Source of the DNA: a virus
Lineage: Duplodnaviria; Caudoviricetes
DNA length: 61,598 nt
Virus record (IMG/VR): IMGVR_UViG_3300042988_000221
Span: 1-61,598 of that record
Reading direction: 5' to 3' (one strand)
The notes below the pieces were generated by a model, which ran no database searches, was not told where the DNA came from, and saw only the letters and a list, made by a program, of their open reading frames with translations. Of the stretch, positions 9,070-18,036 are shown one piece after another. The position numbers and the translations under genes were made by a program. Numbering within the stretch: the first letter of the stretch is position 1; each line of letters opens with the position of its first letter.

Positions 9070-9777
9070 ATGGAAATCGTAAAACAATTTGGATTTGGTC
9101 TTTGGATATCAACCGGTTCAGAAGAAGATAATTATAATGTTTTATATGTTCATTTATTATATCCTGGGTTTTATTTTCATATTCCAAAAATCCTGAAGAT
9201 GAAAATGTATTGTTATGATTATGCAAGATTAGTATCAAGACGATATGGGTTCAATTTTTGTGAAGAATATTTGTTTGTATATTACGGTATTAATCCTGGT
9301 ATTTGGATTAATAATGATCCTGAACATTCAGATCGAGTAAAATTGATTGGTTATCCATGGAATTATGGTATCGCGATTAGGCATTCTTTCTTTGATATTA
9401 AAGGAAATTATATTTACGACTGGAAGAAATTGTCGACTGGATATTATAAAGTTCGACAAGAGGTTTATAACAAGTTGTTTGTAATGGAAAAAATGGTTAA
9501 TTTTACAGATTTTGATGGAGAAGAAAATGCTGTAACAATTTCAATTGAAGAAATGGAATGGAGACGCGGAACAACACCATTATTAAAGAAATTGTTTAGA
9601 CCGTTCTGCAAGCCATTGATTAATAGATACATTAAAATTGAATTTAATAAAGAAGTTGGGAAAGGGAAGGGTTCATGGAAAGGTGGAGTAATGGGTATGA
9701 CTTTTGCAATGAGGAAAAATGAGACAATTGACGAGTGTTGGGAAAGATTTTTAAAACAAAAATTAGGTGAATTATGA
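9070..9777 (+). CDS. Conserved hypothetical phage protein
   Basis: C-terminal FNKEVGKGKGSWKGG motif. Confidence 0.7.
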   Translation: MEIVKQFGFGLWISTGSEEDNYNVLYVHLLYPGFYFHIPKILKMKMYCYDYARLVSRRYGFNFCEEYLFVYYGINPGIWINNDPEHSDRVKLIGYPWNYGIAIRHSFFDIKGNYIYDWKKLSTGYYKVRQEVYNKLFVMEKMVNFTDFDGEENAVTISIEEMEWRRGTTPLLKKLFRPFCKPLINRYIKIEFNKEVGKGKGSWKGGVMGMTFAMRKNETIDECWERFLKQKLGEL

Positions 9778-10031
9778 AAATTACAGTAAATTTCAATGAA
9801 TCGAAGTTCAATGATACTTTTGAACCAGGACTATTCTATGTGAAAACACGGGATGGGGTTCATTATGTAGCAAACTATTCCAAAATTGAAGGCACTGAAA
9901 CTATTGTCTATCTCTTTAAATTTAAAGATTGTGAATGGTTTCCGTGTACAAATGAATGGGATTATTTTGATAAATATAATTCGAATATCATTCATAAGGT
10001 TCCTGTCCGAGAAATCACACTTACTGTGTAG
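9774..10031 (+). CDS. Hypothetical protein
   Basis: ORF track, ATGA overlap. Confidence 0.6.
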   Translation: MKITVNFNESKFNDTFEPGLFYVKTRDGVHYVANYSKIEGTETIVYLFKFKDCEWFPCTNEWDYFDKYNSNIIHKVPVREITLTV

Positions 10032-10041
10032 GAGAAGTTTT

Positions 10042-10389
10042 ATGTCTCTGAAACATATCAAACAATATATTGAAAAGGAAATATGTAAACTACAGGAGCA
10101 ATATAAACTTACTGAACAAGAATTTCATGTTGGCGATGAAGTTTATTTTTGTGGAATACCATATTCCCATAGATGCCAAATTGTTGAATATCATATTGAT
10201 AATTTAAATCATTATAGATATACGTTGAAACAAATTTCAACTAGAAAAGATGCGTATAGACATACTAACGCTTTACCTGGAGATAAGTTCTTTAGAACAC
10301 CAGAAGAAGTAAATGAATATAATTGTCTTATGAATATGTTAAATGAATGTCACAATTTACTAAAAACGAGAAAACAAAATGAAAGTTAA
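10042..10389 (+). CDS. Hypothetical protein (start revised to MSLKHIK)
   Basis: AGGAG RBS before 10042. Confidence 0.6.
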   Translation: MSLKHIKQYIEKEICKLQEQYKLTEQEFHVGDEVYFCGIPYSHRCQIVEYHIDNLNHYRYTLKQISTRKDAYRHTNALPGDKFFRTPEEVNEYNCLMNMLNECHNLLKTRKQNES

Positions 10390-10885
10390 TATCGGTCCAT
10401 ATAAAAATTTTTATAACATTTATAGTTTTATTATGGGTTTAACCAAATTTGGTTTTTCAGAAGAAACCTGTTATAAAATTACAGATAAACTTGAGGACAG
10501 TTTTGTTCAATCTATATTAGATTGGTTTAATAAAAACCAAAAACGAAAGATCGAAATTAAAATTGATCCTTGGGATACTTGGAATATGGATCATACTTTG
10601 GCACATATCATTTATCCAATGTTAGTTCAGTTAAAAGAGACTTCACATGGAGCATTTTCTGTTGAAAACGATGATGTACCAGTAAATTTACATTGTGTCG
10701 AACAAGATGATTATGGAACTGACAAATATTATTTTTTAAGATATCAATATATTCTAGATGAAATGATCTGGACCTTTGATAAAATTAGAAATGATGAATA
10801 TCGATTTGATTTCACAACAGAAATGTATCGAATCAAGAACGGATTACGATTATTTGGTAAATATTATTTGGGATTATGGGATTAA
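10379..10885 (+). CDS. Conserved hypothetical myophage protein
   Basis: DTWNMDHTLAHII...LDEMIWTF...GLRLFGKYYLGLWD. Confidence 0.75.
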   Translation: MKVNIGPYKNFYNIYSFIMGLTKFGFSEETCYKITDKLEDSFVQSILDWFNKNQKRKIEIKIDPWDTWNMDHTLAHIIYPMLVQLKETSHGAFSVENDDVPVNLHCVEQDDYGTDKYYFLRYQYILDEMIWTFDKIRNDEYRFDFTTEMYRIKNGLRLFGKYYLGLWD

Positions 10886-10886
10886 T

Positions 10887-11438
10887 ATGGGAAATACATT
10901 TTTTACAGCCGATTTGCATATATTTCATAAGAATATTCTGAAATTTGAGCCGAAATCTCGTCCATTTTCATCATTAGATGAAATGCATAATGTTATTATT
11001 GACAGATGGAACGATAAAGTTACCAATAATGATACAGTTTATATTCTTGGCGATGTCTCATTTGGTCAATTAGATGAGACTAATTATATTCTTGACCAAT
11101 TAGATGGCAAAGAATTGATTCTGATTAGGGGTAATCATGACGAAAAATTACTAAAAAATACTGGTTTTGAGTTCAATTTTCATAAAATTTATGATTATTT
11201 GGAATTGAAACTGGACAAAACCTATATTTTGTCACATTATCCATTTTTAACATGGAATAAATCTCATTATGGGTCAGTAAATTTGTTTGGACACTTACAT
11301 TCCAAATTTTTGGGTAATTCACAACAATTAAATGTTGGTATGGATTGTCATAATTTGGAACCAATTAGCCTAGAAGAAGTGAATTCGGCTCTGAAATTAT
11401 TACCGAAGTACGAAATTGACTTTTTTGAAGGTAGTTAA
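10887..11438 (+). CDS. Calcineurin-like metallophosphoesterase (start revised to MGNTFF)
   Basis: DLH, GDVS, GNHD, HYP, GHLH, NVGMD motifs. Confidence 0.88.
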   Translation: MGNTFFTADLHIFHKNILKFEPKSRPFSSLDEMHNVIIDRWNDKVTNNDTVYILGDVSFGQLDETNYILDQLDGKELILIRGNHDEKLLKNTGFEFNFHKIYDYLELKLDKTYILSHYPFLTWNKSHYGSVNLFGHLHSKFLGNSQQLNVGMDCHNLEPISLEEVNSALKLLPKYEIDFFEGS

Positions 11439-11441
11439 ATT

Positions 11442-11449
11442 TATAAATA
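11442..11449 (+). promoter_or_regulatory. T4-type late promoter
   Basis: Intergenic TATAAATA. Confidence 0.7.
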
Positions 11450-11477
11450 CTTAAGTATTAACCATGGAATTCAAATT

Positions 11478-11735
11478 ATGCCAACTTATACATTCAAAGT
11501 TTTAGAAACCGAAGAAATTGTTGAATTTGAAATGAAAATTTCAGAATATGATGAATTTGTTGCTTCCCACCCAGACCTAGAACGATATCATGAATCAATG
11601 CTATTTATTGATTCAGTCAGATTAGGTATCAAAAAGCCCCCAGAGGATTTCCAGAAATTCGTGATTGACAGAATTAAGGAAAAAAATCCTCACCATAGAA
11701 TGGAATCTCGTTGGGAAACTCCTAGAGAATGGTAG
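11478..11735 (+). CDS. FmdB-like small protein preceding phoH
   Basis: MPTYTFK start; synteny with phoH in T4-like phages. Confidence 0.65.
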   Translation: MPTYTFKVLETEEIVEFEMKISEYDEFVASHPDLERYHESMLFIDSVRLGIKKPPEDFQKFVIDRIKEKNPHHRMESRWETPREW

Positions 11736-11776
11736 ATTGATGTTTTTTATTTTTTTAAAGACCGAAGTAGGATAAG

Positions 11777-11799
11777 AAGGGGCATTGTGCCCCTTTTTT
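11777..11799 (+). terminator. Intrinsic terminator-like hairpin
   Basis: AAGGGGCA-TTG-TGCCCCTT followed by T run. Confidence 0.6.
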
Positions 11800-11823
11800 G
11801 CGTTTAGAAAAGGACAAAAATAT

Positions 11824-12591
11824 ATGTCAAGACAACCTCGTAAGCACCCCCAAACAAAAACCTTAAGAGCAAACGAAATGGATAACCAAGATAACGTGCT
11901 TCATTTCAATAAACATAAAAGGAAAACTGCCGATAATAATTTGTCGATTAAAAAAATTCAACCATTAACAAAAAATCAGGAAGTATTATTCGAATCATAT
12001 AACAAAAATCAACATGTTGTAGGAATTGGATCTGCGGGTACAGGAAAATCTTTTTTATCTTTATATTTAATGTTAAATGACATTTTGAATCATAAACAAT
12101 ATGATAAAATAAAGATTTTGAGAAATTGTGTGCCCTCAAGACAGCAAGGCTTCCTACCGGGTAATGAAAAAGAAAAAATGAAAGTATATGAAACTCCTTA
12201 TATGGATATGGTTGGAGATTTGTTTGGTAGATCAGACGCTTACGAAGTCTTAAAAAAGAAAGATGTAATTGAATTTGTTTCAACATCATATATTAGAGGA
12301 ACCACATGGAATGATACTCTTGTTATTGTAGATGAATTTCAGAATATGGATTTTGGGGAATTAGTTTCTATTATTACTAGAGTTGGTACTAATAGTCGAA
12401 TAGCATTCTTGGGAGATTGTGAACAGAATGATTTATATAGATATGCTAAAGATACATCAGGATTTGTTCCATTTTTACAAATATTAAACATGATGCCAAG
12501 TTTTGATATAATTGAATTTACAATTGATGATATTGTACGGTCCTCCTTAGTCAAAGAGTTCTTATTAACAAAACATAACTTAAATAGGTAA
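11824..12591 (+). CDS. phoH: PhoH-family ATPase (start revised to MSRQPRK)
   Basis: PLTKNQ, GSAGTGKS, GFLPG, YIRGTTW, DEFQN, GDCEQND, DIVRS. Confidence 0.93.
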   Translation: MSRQPRKHPQTKTLRANEMDNQDNVLHFNKHKRKTADNNLSIKKIQPLTKNQEVLFESYNKNQHVVGIGSAGTGKSFLSLYLMLNDILNHKQYDKIKILRNCVPSRQQGFLPGNEKEKMKVYETPYMDMVGDLFGRSDAYEVLKKKDVIEFVSTSYIRGTTWNDTLVIVDEFQNMDFGELVSIITRVGTNSRIAFLGDCEQNDLYRYAKDTSGFVPFLQILNMMPSFDIIEFTIDDIVRSSLVKEFLLTKHNLNR

Positions 12592-12596
12592 TTCAA

Positions 12597-12716
12597 ATGT
12601 TTAATCCATGGCTAATGATGGTACCGTTCATTGTAATTTATTCATCAATCCCGTATGTATTGTATTATTCTAGAGTTGCAACTAAACCTGTGGAGAAAAA
12701 TACCGAAAATGAATAA
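12597..12716 (+). CDS. Small membrane peptide (39 aa)
   Basis: Manual ORF MFNPWLMMVPFIVIY... Confidence 0.4.
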   Translation: MFNPWLMMVPFIVIYSSIPYVLYYSRVATKPVEKNTENE

Positions 12717-12718
12717 TT

Positions 12719-13102
12719 ATGAAAACTGAACAAAGTGAATTTAAAATTAGATTTAGAAAAAGAAAAGCTGGCGGAAAAATTTTATATTTTAATCCAAATC
12801 AATTAGATAAATATCGCACAGAAGTAAAATGTGATTTTGTATTTATTCTGCTGAACCAACTAAAAATTGCTAATAATTGTGAAATCACACTAGATTATGA
12901 TTTACAAATTTTGGGAGATACATGGATCAAAGAATTTAATGAAAATAATAGTAAAGTAAAAACCACATTGCTTGATTTGCACCATCATAGAGCAATAATG
13001 GAATATTGTAAACAAAATGTACATATTTCATGTATATCTGATTTTAAATTAATATGTGAATTATTAGAAAATCATTATAAAATGCGAGGCGAAAATGAAT
13101 AA
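12719..13102 (+). CDS. Hypothetical protein
   Basis: ORF track. Confidence 0.6.
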   Translation: MKTEQSEFKIRFRKRKAGGKILYFNPNQLDKYRTEVKCDFVFILLNQLKIANNCEITLDYDLQILGDTWIKEFNENNSKVKTTLLDLHHHRAIMEYCKQNVHISCISDFKLICELLENHYKMRGENE

Positions 13103-13448
13103 TTTGAAAATGGTTATAGTTATGAGAAAAGATTTGAATTGCCGTAAAGGTAAATTATGCGTCCAGTCGGGTCATGCCGTTCTGGGCGCATATCTAAATG
13201 GTTATGATACAACCAAAAATTCATATTGGAGAAGTTTTTCAGATGAAAAGAAAATCTGTGTCTATGTTAATTCTGAACAAGAATTATTTGATTTATATGA
13301 AAAATGTATTGATTCTGATGTGAATGTTTATCTTGTGCAAGACATCGGATTAACGGAATTTAAACATCCTACCCACACTTGTCTGGCAATAGGACCAGAC
13401 TATTCAGAAATTATTGATAAAATTACTGGTGATCTTCCACTTCTATAG
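13095..13448 (+). CDS. pth2: Peptidyl-tRNA hydrolase, Pth2 family
   Basis: KMVIVMRKDL, GKLCVQSGHA, KKIC, D-x-GLTE, T-CLAIGP, IDKITGDLPLL. Confidence 0.92.
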   Translation: MNNLKMVIVMRKDLNCRKGKLCVQSGHAVLGAYLNGYDTTKNSYWRSFSDEKKICVYVNSEQELFDLYEKCIDSDVNVYLVQDIGLTEFKHPTHTCLAIGPDYSEIIDKITGDLPLL

Positions 13449-13456
13449 GAAATATT

Positions 13457-13606
13457 ATGTATAAAATAGTCGGACAAATTATTATAGCATTAGCAACATC
13501 TATTGTGGCAGAATTAATATTGGATCATTATTTTCGGAAACCAAAAGCTCAATTGCGGTTACATCCAAAAAGTAAAAAGTCTGGTGATATAAATACTTTT
13601 ATTTAG
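13457..13606 (+). CDS. Small membrane protein (49 aa)
   Basis: Manual ORF MYKIVGQIIIALATSIVAELIL..., AGGA RBS. Confidence 0.45.
   Translation: MYKIVGQIIIALATSIVAELILDHYFRKPKAQLRLHPKSKKSGDINTFI
13588..13595 (+). promoter_or_regulatory. T4-type late promoter for the ART/kinase/Nudix cassette
   Basis: TATAAATA 18 nt before ATG 13614. Confidence 0.75.
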
Positions 13607-13613
13607 GTATAAA

Positions 13614-14561
13614 ATGAAAAAGTTTAAAGATTTTCTACATCCCAAAGAATTCATAGCATTCTCCTGTGCTGGTGGTAGACCGGGACAATATGATAAGTTT
13701 AATTATACAGAATCATATTTACATGGTCAGGGTGGTGGACCACCAGAAAAAATCCACGAGAATTTGAATCCAAGAAAAGATCCAGAATATATAAAAACTG
13801 GTTCGCACATATTTTTTGATCCAGAAAAAGATAATACTGGTTTAGGGGAAGAACATAATTCCCCAGAACACATTGGAATACCAGATTATCATGATAATGG
13901 GCATGTGTTACCAGAATATAATAATGAACAAGCAAAACATGCTGCGATGTTATCTTCAGATACAAAAGATTTTTTGTCTTCATATATGGATATTATTCCA
14001 AAATATACATCAAATAGTTATAATTTAAATGATACTTTAATTTCTCATCATAGAAGTGGTTCACAACCACCAAAATTAATTAAATCTCATTTAGATGATG
14101 ATAGTGAAGATAAAATTGATACTGAAATGTTTGATCATATTATAAATTCTCACAAATTACCAAAAAACATGACAGTTTATTCAGGATTACATTTTCATCC
14201 AAATGAACATAGGGGTAAAATTGCTCATGTTCCGTGTTATATGTCTACATCATTATCTCCGCATGTTGCTAAAGATTTTGGTAAAGGTTGGCTAATGCCT
14301 CATTATAATAACGGACAAATGAATAATACATATGTTAAAAACATATTACGATTACATTTGCCAGAAGGACATCCATATTTGTTTACTGATAATGCGAGCG
14401 TGTTCCCAGGACAAGGAGAATTGATTTTGCCAAGAGGAATGAGATATCAGTTAGGACAAAGACCAACTCATATTATCGAAGGAAAATTTGGTGTACATTT
14501 TGGACACGGTGAGGGTGATAAAATGCAATACCACATCTATACCGGAAGAATACTAAAATGA
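13614..14561 (+). CDS. ADP-ribosyltransferase (VIP2/C3/Alt-like), putative head-packaged protein
   Basis: YT...LN..L, TVYSG, YMSTSLS, QGELILPRG; N-terminus MKKFKDF. Confidence 0.8.
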   Translation: MKKFKDFLHPKEFIAFSCAGGRPGQYDKFNYTESYLHGQGGGPPEKIHENLNPRKDPEYIKTGSHIFFDPEKDNTGLGEEHNSPEHIGIPDYHDNGHVLPEYNNEQAKHAAMLSSDTKDFLSSYMDIIPKYTSNSYNLNDTLISHHRSGSQPPKLIKSHLDDDSEDKIDTEMFDHIINSHKLPKNMTVYSGLHFHPNEHRGKIAHVPCYMSTSLSPHVAKDFGKGWLMPHYNNGQMNNTYVKNILRLHLPEGHPYLFTDNASVFPGQGELILPRGMRYQLGQRPTHIIEGKFGVHFGHGEGDKMQYHIYTGRILK

Positions 14562-15297
14562 AGACATTTAAAGACTTCAAATCACAAATATTAGAAGCAT
14601 TAATTCAAAAAGGACAACGATTAGGATCAAATCCCGGTGGACTTCATACCGATGACCAAACTGGTGAAGATCATTATGTTAAATATCCAAAAAACCCCGA
14701 TCAAGCAAAAACCGAAGCCCTTTCATCTAAAATTCACCAAATGCTAGGTGTAAATACAATTCCTTCTGAACAACAAATGATTAACGGAAAACAAGCAGTT
14801 GTATCTAAATGGGTAAATGGTTTACGACCAATGAAACTCCGAGAAATAAGTACATTACATCCAGATGACCATAAACAAATTGGTAAATTATTCGCAGCAG
14901 CAGTTTTAACTAGAAATCATGATGCAGTAGGAACTGGACTAGATTATGGTGAAGGAAATCTTTATCTAGATAAAAATAATAGATTACATCATGGCGATGT
15001 TGGCGGATCTTTTCATTATCGTGCTCAAGGGGGGATCAAAACCATATGAAAATGATATCCCAGAAATTCATTCTATGCGAAACCCTGATATTGCACCAGA
15101 AGCAGCACACATTTTTAATACTTCCTTTAGATTAGACCCAGATGCAGAAAAACACGGTTATGAAGCAGTAAAAAAATCTAGATGATTCAAAGGTTTATGA
15201 TGCATTCAAAAATTCTGGATTAGATAATTGGGAAGAATTACATAATACATTTCAAGGTAGAAAACAAAAATTTCTAGATCATCATGAAAACGTTTAA
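14558..15297 (+). CDS. PI3/4-kinase/HipA-like kinase, about 245 aa once two +1 homopolymer frameshifts are removed
   Basis: GSNPGG loop, YVK, EAL, NHD...N, DVGGS. One extra base in G6 (15029-15034) and in A7 (15170-15176) joins three frames ending DHHENV*. Confidence 0.7.
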
Positions 15298-15934
15298 ACA
15301 ATTTTTCGAATCTACAATTCATCCAGAAAAAGATGAATATGGTTCTGATGTAATTATCAATAAACCACATGTTGATTCACCAATACATCATTGGAATGAT
15401 AACAATAAACATGCAACAATAACACCAAATTCTAATAATATACCAGAACATATTAATAATATTCCTTTTTCTAAATGGGAAGATAGACCAAAAACAACTG
15501 AAGACTGGAATAAAATTGATGGACAAGGAGATTTTGAAGAACCACCATTAGAAAATCCTCATAATAAAAAAATCTCAACTGGTGCAATTATTCATGAAAA
15601 GGATGGTAGAGTTTGGGTATTTCATCCAACAAATCAATTTGCTAATATAGAAGCTTCTTTTCCAAAAGGTAAACTCGATAAAAATATAAATTTAAGAGCT
15701 AATGCCATTAAAGAAGTGGGTGAAGAAACCGGTTTAAAAATAAAATTAACAGGTCATGCTGCTGATTCAGATAGAACTACAGGTAAAACAAGATATTATC
15801 ATGCTGAAAGAGTTGGTGGACATCCCGCAAATATGGGATGGGAATCACAAGCAGTCTCGTTAGTTCCGAAATCAAATCTGAAAGACGTTCTAAATTCACC
15901 ACTCGATCACAAAGTTGTTGACAAGCTGTCTTGA
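15284..15934 (+). CDS. Nudix hydrolase, putative head-packaged protein
   Basis: FPKGKLDKNINLRANAIKEVGEETGL Nudix box; N-terminus MKTFKQFFE. Confidence 0.85.
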   Translation: MKTFKQFFESTIHPEKDEYGSDVIINKPHVDSPIHHWNDNNKHATITPNSNNIPEHINNIPFSKWEDRPKTTEDWNKIDGQGDFEEPPLENPHNKKISTGAIIHEKDGRVWVFHPTNQFANIEASFPKGKLDKNINLRANAIKEVGEETGLKIKLTGHAADSDRTTGKTRYYHAERVGGHPANMGWESQAVSLVPKSNLKDVLNSPLDHKVVDKLS

Positions 15935-15946
15935 CCATGATATAAT
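15918..15946 (+). promoter_or_regulatory. Consensus sigma70 promoter
   Basis: TTGACA-17 nt-TATAAT with TG extended -10. Confidence 0.88.
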
Positions 15947-15978
15947 GAAGCCGTGTTTAAAATGATTGGAGAACGAAA

Positions 15979-16323
15979 ATGTGGTTATGCTTACGTGAAG
16001 GCTTCTTATCAGTAGTTGCCAATAAAGATTATGATCCAAAAGTAGATACATCTGAACTTATCGTTCGGGCAAGAGTAAAAGAACATATCTCAAATTACTT
16101 TCCAAAAGTTAAAATTTTGGAATGGAAAGGTACCGATTATAGATTTAGAGCATTCATTTCTAAAGATGAATTGAAATCAGTATTAGCTACTTATGTAGAT
16201 GAATTGTATTATACAAATTTCAAAGATTCTGTAAAAGATGATAAACTTCATGATTTTTATTTGTCAGTTTGGTATGAAGGTGTAAAATCATTCGCAAAAA
16301 GATTTACAAGTTCATTTTGGTAA
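15979..16323 (+). CDS. Conserved hypothetical protein
   Basis: MW...GFLSVV, VRAR, DYRFR, YTNFK pattern; GGAG RBS. Confidence 0.75.
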   Translation: MWLCLREGFLSVVANKDYDPKVDTSELIVRARVKEHISNYFPKVKILEWKGTDYRFRAFISKDELKSVLATYVDELYYTNFKDSVKDDKLHDFYLSVWYEGVKSFAKRFTSSFW

Positions 16324-16325
16324 TG

Positions 16326-16333
16326 TATAAATA
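16326..16333 (+). promoter_or_regulatory. T4-type late promoter
   Basis: TATAAATA upstream of rlpA. Confidence 0.65.
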
Positions 16334-16437
16334 TAAAATACACTATAAAAAAGTGTGTACTGTAATTGCGTTCTAGAAAGAAAGTAATTGCCATTATTCA
16401 ACGATATAGCAGAAATGCTAAACAATAGGAGAAGACA

Positions 16438-16785
16438 GTGAAATCATTAAAAAGTATTTTATTGAGTTTCGGAATATTATTATCACCAACTGTTAACGCT
16501 AAAGAATATCAAGTTGGTATTGCATCATATTATGGCAAACAGCACCATGGGAAAAAAACTGCCTCTGGTGCCATTTTTAACATGTTTGCTATGACTGCTG
16601 CACACAGATTTTTAAAATTGGGAACTAAATTAAAAGTTGTCAACCTTAAAAATCATAAATCTGTTATGGTGACGATCACAGATAGAGGTCCATATATTCG
16701 CGGACGAATAATTGACCTCTCGTTTGGTGCGGCTAAATCGATAGGTATAACTGGATTGGGACAAGTATCTCTTGAATTACAATAA
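16438..16785 (+). CDS. rlpA: RlpA-family lytic transglycosylase with signal peptide
   Basis: GIASYYG, TASG, TAAHR, DRGPY, RIIDLS; GTG start with AGGAG. Confidence 0.92.
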   Translation: MKSLKSILLSFGILLSPTVNAKEYQVGIASYYGKQHHGKKTASGAIFNMFAMTAAHRFLKLGTKLKVVNLKNHKSVMVTITDRGPYIRGRIIDLSFGAAKSIGITGLGQVSLELQ

Positions 16786-17828
16786 TGTTTTTCTTTGTAT
16801 ATAAAACAAAACACAAAAATGGAAAATTTTATATTGGAAGACACCAGACCTCTATATTAGAGGATGGTTATTTGGGGTCTGGAAAATGGGTTTTGTCTAT
16901 AAAGAATGAAACCCATCTTGAACGCGAAATTATTTATTTTGCTTCAACATTAGAAGAAATGTGTGAAATGGAAGAATATTATATAAATTTACATTTTGAT
17001 GATCCATTATGTATGAATTATAAAAGATCGTCTATAGGATGGTGTTCTGCTGATGTTTCAGAACAAAATCGAAAACTTGATGCTAATGGTAAATCAAAAT
17101 CACAAAATCGTGCAAAACGAGCTTATGAAAATAAAACAAATCCAATATATTATCGCAATACAAACCTAAAAAGAGAAGATAACCCATTTACCAAACGCGA
17201 AGATGGAACTTCCGTAGCTTTAGATAGAGTTAAAAATGGTGGGCATAATTTAGTTGGAGGGGTAACTTGTGTAGATACATCTGGAAACATTTGTCAACTT
17301 CCTAAAGAAGTGTATCGTTCACAAACAGGAGATAAAAATACTTGGGAATATGTGTGTGTTGCTTCTAATGTTGGTAAAATTCGTCTTAATATTAAACAAA
17401 ATAAAGTGCAATGTATTAATGTTTTTGGTGAGACAAAATATTTTTTACCAGAAACATATAAAAATTTCGACACCCAATATTGGGTAGATATAACTTCTGA
17501 AGAAGGTAAACATAGAGAAAACCATCCAATGGATGTGGAATTAAGATCTCAGTATGTAGCAGAACTTGGTAAAACTGCTATGTTAAAAAAATATGGTGTG
17601 GATAATGCTTTTAAATTGCCGGATCATAAAGAAAAAATTGCTAAAACAAACGTTGAAAAATATGGAGAAGACCATTATTCAAAATCCACAGGAGCAAGAG
17701 ATAAGATAAAACTTGTTAGACAAAATGATCCAGTATTAATTTGTGAAATTTGTGGAATAGAAATAAAAGGAAAGGGTAATTATAAATCTCACATGAATAA
17801 ACATAAAGGTGACTATGAAAAATCTTGA
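16785..17828 (+). CDS. GIY-YIG (Seg-like) homing endonuclease
   Basis: VYKT...FYIGRH, GYLGSG, catalytic E; C-terminal KYG repeats and CxxC...H-x3-H. Confidence 0.8.
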   Translation: MFFFVYKTKHKNGKFYIGRHQTSILEDGYLGSGKWVLSIKNETHLEREIIYFASTLEEMCEMEEYYINLHFDDPLCMNYKRSSIGWCSADVSEQNRKLDANGKSKSQNRAKRAYENKTNPIYYRNTNLKREDNPFTKREDGTSVALDRVKNGGHNLVGGVTCVDTSGNICQLPKEVYRSQTGDKNTWEYVCVASNVGKIRLNIKQNKVQCINVFGETKYFLPETYKNFDTQYWVDITSEEGKHRENHPMDVELRSQYVAELGKTAMLKKYGVDNAFKLPDHKEKIAKTNVEKYGEDHYSKSTGARDKIKLVRQNDPVLICEICGIEIKGKGNYKSHMNKHKGDYEKS

Positions 17829-18036
17829 TCAAATTGAACAATTTTCAACTCAAATTATTACTATTGTTGAAAAAGATAAAATATCATATATTGATGCTAT
17901 AGTAGAATTTTGTGATACCAATGCAATAGATATCGAAATTGCAGCAAAATTATTATCCCAATCTATTATAGCATCAATTTCCCAAGAAGCAGTCAAAAAT
18001 AATCTAATAGAGAAAATATCCAGTCTACCAATATGA
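17809..18036 (+). CDS. gp33: Late promoter co-activator gp33
   Basis: ISYIDAIVEFC...IDIE, ends LPI; 33-59-32 synteny. Confidence 0.85.
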   Translation: MTMKNLDQIEQFSTQIITIVEKDKISYIDAIVEFCDTNAIDIEIAAKLLSQSIIASISQEAVKNNLIEKISSLPI

